Shown one piece after another: positions 1-7,579 of a stretch of 30,727 bases of DNA. The notes beneath the pieces were generated by a model that did not search any database, was not told the origin of the DNA, and saw only the letters and a program-made list of their open reading frames with translations. This stretch comes from a virus. Position 1 is the stretch's first letter. Each line of letters opens with the position of its first letter. The stretch is from the IMG/VR virus record IMGVR_UViG_3300045988_150938; one strand, 5' to 3'. A program made the position numbers and the translations under genes.

Positions 1-665
1 CCCCGGAGCGTCAAATGCCGCCCATTTCCCCCTTCGGGTGAAATGTTCGCCATTGGCTCCGTGGTGCCGACACTTCGGCGCAAGCGCCTTGGTCGCTGTC
101 TGTTCCCTCTTGTTATTTTACTCCTCTATTTTTTATCTTTCCTTATCGGGAACCCTTTGTCCCTTCCGCAAGCGGAACGAACAATCAAGCCTGAAGGCTT
201 GGTCTGTCACGCCGCGGGCATAGCCCTCGGCTACAATCGAACCGCTTCGCTCTCGATTAATCACTATTTTATATAGATTTATCCTTGATATAACAGCTTT
301 TCTTGAATTTTCCGCGTCTGCCGCTTTTTCATTTGAATAGATTTTTATATGAATTAATTTTCTCGCAATTTAATTTCTTATAATTTTGTAAACGTGATAT
401 CTAACCGCTCCTATCTCTTAAACAGCTTCCTATATTTCTATTCACGCGTTCTATTGTTATTTTATTATAATAATTAAATAACATTATTTTACAAACACGA
501 ACTATTTATTGTTTTTTCTATGATTAATAGCCTTATTGTTCGTTTTTATTATATTTACATTCTTATGATATTCTTAATATTTACTATGTAACTTTCTTGA
601 TTACTTTCTTCTTCTCTTCACAAAAAAGCGTTGTATGATTTTTCATACAACGCTTAATTTTTTAC
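1..665. repeat. Left terminal inverted repeat. Positions 1-260 are identical to the reverse complement of 30468-30727 and GC-rich. Positions 261-665 are AT-rich and diverged (~85-90% identical) relative to 30063-30467.
   Basis: ORFs 38..223(+) and 30505..30690(-) translate identically. A manual reverse-complement alignment of both ends shows the first mismatches at position 261. Similarity continues to the hairpin at 627-656. Confidence 0.9.
627..662. terminator. Bidirectional stem-loop (aagcgttgtatg / catacaacgctt) flanked by A/T tracts. It terminates the minus-strand par operon and marks the inner edge of the left inverted repeat.
   Basis: 12-bp perfect stem, 6-7-nt loop, a T-run on the plus strand and an A-run upstream (a T-run on the minus strand). 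Confidence 0.7.
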
Positions 666-676
666 TTCATATTTTT

Positions 677-1054
677 CTATTTTTTTCTTTGTTGTTTATT
701 ATAATCTTTTAATTCCAGGGTGTCTAATATGAACTCAAACCTTTTAAGTTCCTCTTCATTCATATTTTCTACCTCTTTAGCACACATACTCTCTACAGCA
801 TGCTTTTGTGAATCAAATTTACCAATATTAACTAGAGCAGTTAATATATTTCTTATATGGTTATCTACTTTAATCGTTGCTCTTTCTGTTTCACTTTTTA
901 TACCCAACTTACTAGGATCGCTTTGTCTATTTGATAACATTTTATTTATATTTAAGTCGTTTCTATCAATTTGATTATTTATAACAGGGTTGGGCTTTCT
1001 TTGTAAACTATTATTCTCGTTACTTTTTTTAAGCATACCCATAAGCTTAATCAC
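677..1054 (-). CDS. Small basic protein with a predicted ribbon-helix-helix core (RATIKVDNHIRNILTALV...). Putative centromere-binding partner (ParG/omega-like) of the ParA.
   Basis: Lies immediately downstream of parA and overlaps its stop by 8 nt. The N-terminal part is disordered and Lys/Asn-rich, followed by a beta-strand plus two helices. This is the typical type Ib partition operon layout. Confidence 0.5.
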   Translation of the reverse strand: MIKLMGMLKKSNENNSLQRKPNPVINNQIDRNDLNINKMLSNRQSDPSKLGIKSETERATIKVDNHIRNILTALVNIGKFDSQKHAVESMCAKEVENMNEEELKRFEFILDTLELKDYNKQQRKK

Positions 1055-1850
1055 CCAACCTTTCTACCAATTCTGAAGCAACTCCATCAAATATTTGGTG
1101 AACTCTTTTATCATGTATATCTTTTCCGTTGTCTGTTATTCCAGTCATATCCATCCTTTTAATGCGTTCCATAATGGATATTTTATTTTGAAAAATATAT
1201 TCTTCACCAAATTCTTCTGTAGCTAGTTTTAGAACTTCTTCATCTACTCTTGCTCCTCGTTTACTAAGGACTGGTAGTATTCCTAACACATCACAATTAG
1301 CATTAAATTCATTGACTAATGTATTTTGAAGATATTGTATAAATACTTCCGCTCCAGTAAGGCTTCTTTCTTGGGTTTGTAATACAACTACTATTTGATC
1401 GCAACAATAAAAAGCAGTGTCGTTTAACAAAGATAACGTTGGTGGAACATCTATAAAAATATAATCGTATTCATTTACAACTGGAGATAAATAGCTTTTC
1501 AAAAATTGAATTCTATCTATTTCATTTGAAAAATTCTTTTCTAAAAACCTTGAATATACCGAAAAATCTACAGCATTTGGTATTAGTGATAAGTTTTCTT
1601 TTATAGTTATAGTTAATTCTTTAGGGTTTATATTTTCAGTAATTCCCTTCATTAAAGACTTGTCTATAGTCGTGATATTATTATCTTTTGAACTAGTTTT
1701 GATCATTAATGCTGTTAAGTTTGCCTGCGCATCTAAGTCCACTAACAAAACTTTTTTTCCCATTTTAGCTAAACTATAACCTACTAAAGCTGTGGTACTC
1801 GTTTTCCCTACTCCACCTTTAAAATTTGCAAATGATATCGTCTTTCCCAT
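1047..1850 (-). CDS. parA: ParA/Soj-family partition ATPase.
   Basis: Deviant Walker A KGGVGKTS at the N-terminus and the LLVDLDAQANLT motif. At 267 aa it is a small type Ib ParA. A good RBS sits upstream at 1856-1862 (plus-strand aggaggt). Confidence 0.9.
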   Translation of the reverse strand: MGKTISFANFKGGVGKTSTTALVGYSLAKMGKKVLLVDLDAQANLTALMIKTSSKDNNITTIDKSLMKGITENINPKELTITIKENLSLIPNAVDFSVYSRFLEKNFSNEIDRIQFLKSYLSPVVNEYDYIFIDVPPTLSLLNDTAFYCCDQIVVVLQTQERSLTGAEVFIQYLQNTLVNEFNANCDVLGILPVLSKRGARVDEEVLKLATEEFGEEYIFQNKISIMERIKRMDMTGITDNGKDIHDKRVHQIFDGVASELVERLGD

Positions 1851-1913
1851 TGTCTACCTCCTGCGGTGTACTTTTTTAATCATTATACTACTTGCGTAAA
1901 CTTTTTGCAAACG

Positions 1914-2062
1914 GTGTACAAGTGTACAGGTGTACAGGTAGACAGGTAGACAGGTGTACTTGTACACTTATTTAATTACAAACACTTATAAATTAACTAT
2001 CGTAATATGTGTACAAGTGTACAGGTGTACAGGTAGACAGGTAGACAGGTGTACTTGTACAC
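1914..2062. repeat. Two identical 54-bp copies (1914-1967 and 2009-2062) of an array of 8-bp units (gtgtacaN / ggtagaca). Each copy is internally palindromic at its ends. It lies between the divergent parA and repA_N genes and is a candidate iteron or centromere (parS) array.
   Basis: Direct reading: gtgtacaagtgtacaggtgtacaggtagacaggtagacaggtgtacttgtacac occurs twice, 95 bp apart. Confidence 0.85.
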
Positions 2063-2158
2063 CGTTCATTTTATCCTATTCCAATCTTATGTTTTTTTCT
2101 ATAGACTACTGAATATAAAGAACAATTACATATAAGTCTAGGAATCGGAGGGGTTAAC

Positions 2159-3061
2159 ATGAGTACAAATCAAAATGAGTTACAAGATAAATTAGCAGTA
2201 GAAGGTGTAAATGCAAATGGCTATGGTGTAATGCCTAAGCTTGTAATGCAAGATAAACGATTAACGATTGAAGCAAAATCAATCTATGCTTACATCGTTA
2301 GTTTTGCTGGCACAGGAAGTACAGCATTTCCTAGCTTACGGAAAATTCTAGAGGACTTACAGATTAGTGAAAAGCGTTTCTACAAACATCGTAAATTGTT
2401 AATTGACTGTAACTATATTTCTGTTACTCAAATTCGTAATGAGAAAAAAGAAATCATCAAAAATTTATACACGTTAATCTCTAATCCGAAAATTGAAGAA
2501 GAAGTACAAGATGAGGGTATCCGTCAAAATGACTGTGACCCTATCCCTCAATTTGACGGATACCCTATCAGTCAAAACGACCGACATAAAAGTAACAGTT
2601 TTAAAATTAACAATATAAAAGATGATGATGATATTAATAACGTATGCGAAGGCAAATTAACTCATGAAAATTTCTCTAACTATTCAACTCAAAAGGGCGT
2701 AGACTGTCCTTTAACAGTTCGAGAACGATTAACAACTGTACTCAAAGGAAAAGACTACTTAGCTCCGTTGGCGGTTTCTTTGCTTGCTGCTGGCGTGTCT
2801 GATGCAGACTGCTTAGAGATTATACAGTTTATTGTTACTTTGCCAGTCATTAATGAAGAAGTATCAGACCTGGTTAATGCACAAATACGTGCGAACGAAA
2901 CAGAAGCTAAAACAAACGGTCTTACTAGCTATAAGGCTTATTTCATTACAGGTTTAAAACAAAAGCTAGAAAATGCCGATATTTTTGTTCAAGAGACAAA
3001 TATTGTGAATCCTGATACAATTAAACCGTTACCAACTGTTACCATGCATAATTGGGTTTAA
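2159..3061 (+). CDS. repA: RepA_N-family plasmid replication initiator (N-terminal winged-helix domain).
   Basis: The N-terminal motif GYGVMPKLVMQDKRLTIEAKSIYAYIVSFAG...AFPSLRKILEDLQISEKRFYKHRKLLIDCNYI matches the RepA_N signature of Firmicutes theta plasmids. RBS ggaggggt is 6 nt upstream. The repeats at 1914-2062 lie upstream. Confidence 0.75.
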   Translation: MSTNQNELQDKLAVEGVNANGYGVMPKLVMQDKRLTIEAKSIYAYIVSFAGTGSTAFPSLRKILEDLQISEKRFYKHRKLLIDCNYISVTQIRNEKKEIIKNLYTLISNPKIEEEVQDEGIRQNDCDPIPQFDGYPISQNDRHKSNSFKINNIKDDDDINNVCEGKLTHENFSNYSTQKGVDCPLTVRERLTTVLKGKDYLAPLAVSLLAAGVSDADCLEIIQFIVTLPVINEEVSDLVNAQIRANETEAKTNGLTSYKAYFITGLKQKLENADIFVQETNIVNPDTIKPLPTVTMHNWV

Positions 3062-3086
3062 TTTGTTGAATGGAGGAGGAAAGAAA

Positions 3087-4049
3087 ATGAAAGAAGAACA
3101 AAACAGAGTAGAGAAAACCAAAAGAAAAAAAAGGACCAAAACGGCCATCTTGATAATTTTATTTTTACTTGTTATAAGCGGAGGAGCATTTACATTAGTA
3201 AATAGCAAAAATTTATTTTCAGATCATACTGCTAAAAGTAAACATGTGAGTATTTCTAGCGAGACCAAAGAATCTAAAAGTAAATCAAGTACATCATCCA
3301 GCCATGTAAGTAACCGTGATGAGAGTAAAAAAGAAGTAGACACGACGGATTTATCAAATGAACAAGTTGTAGAATGGATAAATTATGTAGTAGATAATTG
3401 GGAGAAAGCACACAATATTGCTTGGTCATATACTGTTGATCGGTTAAATGATTTAAACGGGCGAGATAGTAATTCAATTTATTATAGTGTTAGATTTCAA
3501 AATCCAAAATATCCCATGATGATATTACGAATTAATCCAGAAGGAATCATGGAATTTGAAACTAATACAGTAGACGCAACTAAAAATAAGAATTTTGAAT
3601 ATAAAGTTTTATCTAAAAACTATAAAGATATCAGTTTGATTAATGATTTAGATACTTCTGAATTAAGTAAAATATCGCAACAAACAGAGCAATCATCTAA
3701 TAATAGTTCTGGATATAGTTCATTAAACATCAATCAAAGAATTAGTTTAATGGCACGCTTACATGACAAAATTGATTTTCAAGATTTTGTCAATATCACT
3801 TATAATATAACTGAACTTCCTGATGGAACTCAAAATGTTGTAATTAGAAATTATGGTCTCCATGCTCACACAGAAACAATTGCATACAAAGTAGATAAAA
3901 CTTCTATAAATCCAAGCTCGTTTCCAAGCGATCAGACAACTACAAAAAACGACTTGTTCAAAATGTACGAACAAGACAAAGATAAGTATAATGAATTGGC
4001 AACTAAAGTTAGTTATGATTCTTCTTTAGAATTTTCACAAAATAATTAA
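3087..4049 (+). CDS. Membrane-anchored, Ser-rich extracytoplasmic protein. It has a basic N-terminus, one TM helix (AILIILFLLVISGGAFTLV) and a Ser/Lys-rich linker. Candidate superinfection-exclusion or surface protein.
   Basis: The ATG at 3087 is preferred over the track start at 3063 because RBS ggaggagga lies 6 nt upstream. A bidirectional terminator follows. The gene sits between the rep and repressor genes. Confidence 0.6.
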   Translation: MKEEQNRVEKTKRKKRTKTAILIILFLLVISGGAFTLVNSKNLFSDHTAKSKHVSISSETKESKSKSSTSSSHVSNRDESKKEVDTTDLSNEQVVEWINYVVDNWEKAHNIAWSYTVDRLNDLNGRDSNSIYYSVRFQNPKYPMMILRINPEGIMEFETNTVDATKNKNFEYKVLSKNYKDISLINDLDTSELSKISQQTEQSSNNSSGYSSLNINQRISLMARLHDKIDFQDFVNITYNITELPDGTQNVVIRNYGLHAHTETIAYKVDKTSINPSSFPSDQTTTKNDLFKMYEQDKDKYNELATKVSYDSSLEFSQNN

Positions 4050-4051
4050 TC

Positions 4052-4097
4052 AAAAAAATATATCTTATTGAGTATAAATCTCAATAAGATATATTTT
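4052..4097. terminator. Bidirectional hairpin terminator (atatatcttattgag / ctcaataagatatat) between the convergent genes 3087..4049(+) and the repressor (-).
   Basis: ~15-bp perfect inverted repeat with a T-run after it on the plus strand and an A-run before it. Confidence 0.75.
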
Positions 4098-4832
4098 TTA
4101 TTTTACGACTTTTCCGATTATATATATTTCATCAGTTTTTGAAGTATAAAAATCTGGAAACAAGCGGTTGCCATCTTTATCAACATCGGTATTAAAAGAA
4201 ACAAAGCGTAGTCTGTCTTTTTCTTTATAGATACGTTTGATAAATGCATTTCCGTTAATTTCAACACATCCTATCATACCTTGTTCTATTTCAGATTGTT
4301 TTCTAACAAAAATTATTTGACCATCTTCATAAGTTGGATACATGCTGTCGCCAGATACACGGAATGCTAAATCATAATCTTTTGGAATATCATTTTCAGG
4401 AATCTCTATTGTTTCTATAGGTTGACATTTATCATAATTAATTGTTCCATATCCAGCGGTCATAATCCCATATAAATTTACAGATTTTTTGACTGGTAAA
4501 GATATAACATTGTTTTTTTCTTGTTTTTGTTCCTTTAGCTGTTGCTTTGCAGAGTTTAGTACAACTAATTTTCTATCAGAAGTTAATTGGTTAAGAATAG
4601 TTGTAATTCTTGAAATTATATCTGAATCTTCATTACTTAAATTAAGCAAATCCTCTGGTTTCATATTTAGTCCATCAGCGATTTTAATTATATTTTCAAC
4701 TTTAGCATTCATGATTCCACGTTGGAGAATTGATCTAACAGTTGTGTATGGTAATCCAATTTCTATTGAGAACGCATTAACATTTCCAAATTTTAATTCA
4801 ATCAATTTTTTTAAACGATCTTCTAAGTTCAT
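4098..4832 (-). CDS. LexA/CI-like autoproteolytic repressor with an N-terminal HTH and a C-terminal S24 peptidase domain.
   Basis: C-terminal RVSGDSMYPTYEDGQIIFV (Ser nucleophile) and FIKRIYKE (Lys). N-terminal HTH (NVNAFSIEIGLPYTTVRSI). The start at the ATG of MNLEDRL is chosen because of a strong RBS (aggaggtga, 4 nt spacer). The longer ORF-track start at 4880 lacks an RBS. Confidence 0.85.
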   Translation of the reverse strand: MNLEDRLKKLIELKFGNVNAFSIEIGLPYTTVRSILQRGIMNAKVENIIKIADGLNMKPEDLLNLSNEDSDIISRITTILNQLTSDRKLVVLNSAKQQLKEQKQEKNNVISLPVKKSVNLYGIMTAGYGTINYDKCQPIETIEIPENDIPKDYDLAFRVSGDSMYPTYEDGQIIFVRKQSEIEQGMIGCVEINGNAFIKRIYKEKDRLRFVSFNTDVDKDGNRLFPDFYTSKTDEIYIIGKVVK

Positions 4833-4859
4833 GTGATCACCTCCTGAAAGTATAGTACC

Positions 4860-4977
4860 ATACGAAAAATCGTATAACAAGAGATAAATCCATTGACAAT
4901 GTACGAAAAATCGTATATTGTTTAATTAAACAATATTTAGCGTTTATTTTTTTATAACGATATACGAAAATTCGTAC
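4860..4977. promoter_or_regulatory. Divergent immunity-switch region. It holds three 16-bp inverted-repeat operators, (a/g)tacgaaaa(a/t)tcgta(t/c), at 4860-4875, 4901-4916 and 4962-4977. A rightward promoter (ttgaca 4894-4899, tatatt 4914-4919) overlaps operator 2.
   Basis: Read directly: atacgaaaaatcgtat, gtacgaaaaatcgtat, atacgaaaattcgtac. The half-sites atacga/tcgtat are perfect inverted repeats. Confidence 0.75.
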
Positions 4978-4993
4978 AAAAGGAGTGACTTTT

Positions 4994-5188
4994 ATGTTAG
5001 ATAATTTAGAAAAAGCTAGACAAGAAAAAAATATATCATTAGTTTCTATGGCGGCTGTATTAGGTGTTAAATATCAAACACTTAGAGAAAAGATAAACGG
5101 AACTTCTGAATTTAAATTTAAAGAAGCTCTAATAATCCAAGAAGAATTTTTTCCAGAATATGAGATTAAATTTTTATTTAAAAAATAA
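4994..5188 (+). CDS. Cro-like small HTH regulator.
   Basis: 65 aa with an HTH (ISLVSMAAVLGVKYQTLREKING). It is divergent from the repressor. RBS aggag is 8 nt upstream of the ATG at 4994; the GTG at 4985 in the track is less likely. Confidence 0.65.
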   Translation: MLDNLEKARQEKNISLVSMAAVLGVKYQTLREKINGTSEFKFKEALIIQEEFFPEYEIKFLFKK

Positions 5189-5204
5189 GTATGGAGGAAT
5201 TAGT

Positions 5205-5354
5205 ATGTCAAAAGAAAAACTAGATTTTATTTTAGAAGTATTTCCACATGTTCAAAAAATTTTACCATTTGCTACAGAAGATAATTTAGAAAAATTATTT
5301 GAACAAGCGAAGCAACGTTTAGAAGTTGAATTAATGGAAGTTCAATTTGAGTAA
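5205..5354 (+). CDS. Hypothetical small early protein (49 aa).
   Basis: RBS ggagga is 7 nt before the ATG at 5205. The track ORF 5160..5354 would overlap cro by 29 nt. Confidence 0.45.
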   Translation: MSKEKLDFILEVFPHVQKILPFATEDNLEKLFEQAKQRLEVELMEVQFE

Positions 5355-5374
5355 GTGTAGGAGGAGGGAATTTA

Positions 5375-5755
5375 ATGTCTGAAAAAATTAGAACAGCCTG
5401 TAATAACATTTATGATTTTAAAGTTGTAGAAGAAGATGGTGTTAACAAAGTAAGCACTCCAGGTATGAATTTACCAAAAGTAGTAAAGGAACGAATCATG
5501 TTTTTTAGAAAATATCTTGATGATGGGATGACTTTTATAGGATGTCTACGGATGGTTATGGCAGTAGAAGATGAAACAGAGTTAAAAATGGATTTTGAAG
5601 CTGGCGCATACGAAGATTACTTACCAGCAACTGAAGAATTTAAACAGTGGCGTGACGAATTTGCATTATCTCAATTACATGAAATGGAAGTTGCTGTAGC
5701 CTTAATTTATGGGTTAGGAGAGGAAGCGGAATGGAACGATTTAACATTGAATTAG
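5375..5755 (+). CDS. Hypothetical early protein (126 aa).
   Basis: Strong RBS taggaggaggg. Tightly packed operon. Confidence 0.6.
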   Translation: MSEKIRTACNNIYDFKVVEEDGVNKVSTPGMNLPKVVKERIMFFRKYLDDGMTFIGCLRMVMAVEDETELKMDFEAGAYEDYLPATEEFKQWRDEFALSQLHEMEVAVALIYGLGEEAEWNDLTLN

Positions 5756-6033
5756 TAAGACGTGACAAAGTCAAAGTGGAGCTTGATCCAAATTTTTTCA
5801 ACGAGGAATGGTTTAAAGAATTCCGCCAGTTCTTTTATGACTATGAAACTTTAGAAGAAATAGCAGAGTATATCACGTTTAATGTTGTGCATAATAACGA
5901 AACTTTCATCGATGGTATTGGTATACCTTTGAGAAATGGAAAACGGCCATATTGGCTAAAGAAAGATGAAGAAGTAAACGGGCACGTAAACGTTATTTAT
6001 AACAGTTATGATACTGAAATCGAATATGACTAG
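5731..6033 (+). CDS. Hypothetical early protein (100 aa).
   Basis: ORF overlaps the upstream gene by 25 nt. Coding-like composition. Confidence 0.5.
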   Translation: MERFNIELVRRDKVKVELDPNFFNEEWFKEFRQFFYDYETLEEIAEYITFNVVHNNETFIDGIGIPLRNGKRPYWLKKDEEVNGHVNVIYNSYDTEIEYD

Positions 6034-6044
6034 GAGGAGCAGCG

Positions 6045-6377
6045 ATGGAAAATTATGATCCAAATATCCGATGGGGAACTCATACAATTAAAGTGAGTTT
6101 CCAACAATGGGACTACAAAGGATTTATTATTTTTGAAAAAGGTGGAAATTGTAAAGGATTAGATATCTTAGAACTAGGTGAAGATGATTTATATGATGTG
6201 AAATTTAAAGAAAATCCAATCAATTTCAGATTGCTTAGTGCAGATGCTGACTGCGAAGAGTGGTTCGCTATGACTTTAAAAAATGATAAAGAAGAACTGT
6301 TGGTTGAAGATGAATGGTATTGTTTGAAAGATTATATTGTAGGTGTTGAGATTGTTGATTTTGTTGAGAATGAATAA
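6045..6377 (+). CDS. Hypothetical early protein (110 aa).
   Basis: RBS taggaggag is 7 nt upstream. Confidence 0.6.
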   Translation: MENYDPNIRWGTHTIKVSFQQWDYKGFIIFEKGGNCKGLDILELGEDDLYDVKFKENPINFRLLSADADCEEWFAMTLKNDKEELLVEDEWYCLKDYIVGVEIVDFVENE

Positions 6378-7104
6378 ACAAGAAATGGAAGAATCCAATT
6401 TTTTGGATGAATATAAAAAAGCTGGTTGGAAACTATGTTCAAGAATTCTTGGCATAAAAGAAGAGGAGACAACAATGGATAAACAAGAATTGATTGAAGA
6501 GTTAAAATGCTTAGAAGTTAAAACAGGTAGTCTCGATTATCTGAAAGGAGCTAACTATGCAACAGAAAGAGCAATTAGTTTAGCAAAACAACTAGACGAA
6601 CCGAAAAAAGTCATATTTTCGCATGAAGAGAAATTTGTGGCTGACTGGCTTAATGATTTAAGAGGTCAAATCAGTAATGTTAAGTTAAATTCTGGGGCTG
6701 TTTTCATGACGTTCATCGGCAGACAGTTAGAGCGGTACTATGATGAAGAATACTCGTTTTTAACTGAAAAAATAGAGAGCTGGCTTACAGTTCCAAAAAA
6801 TAAAGTTAAACTAATGAGCGCCATTGACAACGGCTACGAAGTCGAGAAAGAGCCAATCATTCATGAACTAAAGATCTTACCAGAATACTTTGAAGCAGTT
6901 GTTTCAGGTAATAAACGTTTTGAAATCCGTAAGAATGACCGTAACTATAAAAAAGGCGATATCTTACGCTTAAACGAATATCAAGACGGACAATATACAG
7001 GTGATGTCTATGTCGCAGAAATAACTTACATTACAAATTATGCACAACAAGATGGCTATATTGTCTTAGGGATTAAGGGGAAGCAGGTAACTAATGAAAA
7101 CTGA
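6370..7104 (+). CDS. Protein with a C-terminal ASCH/DUF3850-like (PUA-like) domain.
   Basis: The C-terminal LKILPEYFEAVVSGNKRFEIRKNDRNYKKGDILRLNEYQDG...VYVAEITYI matches the DUF3850/ASCH pattern. The start is chosen as an ATGA-type overlap with the upstream stop. The track start at 6343 is an alternative. Confidence 0.55.
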   Translation: MNKQEMEESNFLDEYKKAGWKLCSRILGIKEEETTMDKQELIEELKCLEVKTGSLDYLKGANYATERAISLAKQLDEPKKVIFSHEEKFVADWLNDLRGQISNVKLNSGAVFMTFIGRQLERYYDEEYSFLTEKIESWLTVPKNKVKLMSAIDNGYEVEKEPIIHELKILPEYFEAVVSGNKRFEIRKNDRNYKKGDILRLNEYQDGQYTGDVYVAEITYITNYAQQDGYIVLGIKGKQVTNEN

Positions 7105-7579
7105 TTTAACCAAACAAGCCGAGAAATGCTTGTGGTACTACACCAACAAAATGGGTGTGTTCGGCTGTTTTGAGGTGACAATTGGATGGTTCGGTAAGGA
7201 AAGAGTTGATTTCATGACTTATTCAACGGACAACACTATTAGATGTTATGAAATAAAAGTAACGTTGGCAGACTTAAAGAGCTCTGCAAAACAAACGTTT
7301 TTAGGTGATTATAACTATTTAGTAGTTACGAACAAATTATGGGAAAAGATTCAAGCCAATCCAGATTTGAGATGGAAATATCACAACCAAGGAATACTAG
7401 TTTTTTCTGAACTAAGACACAATTTAGGTATTACAAGTGTTAAAAAGGCGAAAAAACAAAATGTACCTCTAGGAACACGAGCAACGGTCTTAGAAAGTAT
7501 GGTGCGATCTTTAAATCGAGAAGTTGAGAAATTTTACAAGGTAAAGCCTTTTTGGGGATTAAGTGAGGAGGATGAATAA
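7094..7579 (+). CDS. MmcB-like PD-(D/E)XK-family putative nuclease.
   Basis: The motif series E...ERVDFM...CYEIKVTLADLKS...NYLVV fits the D / E-x-K core of the MmcB-like restriction-endonuclease fold. Confidence 0.45.
   Translation: MKTDLTKQAEKCLWYYTNKMGVFGCFEVTIGWFGKERVDFMTYSTDNTIRCYEIKVTLADLKSSAKQTFLGDYNYLVVTNKLWEKIQANPDLRWKYHNQGILVFSELRHNLGITSVKKAKKQNVPLGTRATVLESMVRSLNREVEKFYKVKPFWGLSEEDE

Noticed and set aside
200-260. A tRNA-like GGTTCGATT (T-loop-like) string on the minus strand of the terminal repeat.
   Set aside because: No acceptor stem, anticodon arm or CCA context can be built around it. It is just one of many short GC hairpins.
38-276. ORFs 38..223 and 43..276 (and the identical mirrored ORFs 30440..30690 on the minus strand) inside the GC-rich terminal repeat.
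   Set aside because: They are identical only because they lie in the inverted repeat. There is no RBS, and the composition is unlike the rest of the coding sequence. The region looks like structured non-coding DNA or RNA.
720-974. Plus-strand ORF 720..974 (84 aa).
   Set aside because: It is entirely antisense to the well-supported parG-like gene, hydrophobic low-complexity, and has no RBS.
1914-2062. Possible CRISPR array (short direct repeats).
   Set aside because: The units are 8 bp with no spacers, and there are only two 54-bp copies. They sit between parA and rep and are iteron- or centromere-like, not CRISPR.
3274-4836. ORFs 3274..3477(-), 3759..3974(-) and 4489..4836(+).
   Set aside because: They are antisense to longer genes with good RBSs and recognisable domains, with a Cys/Phe-rich composition typical of spurious frames.
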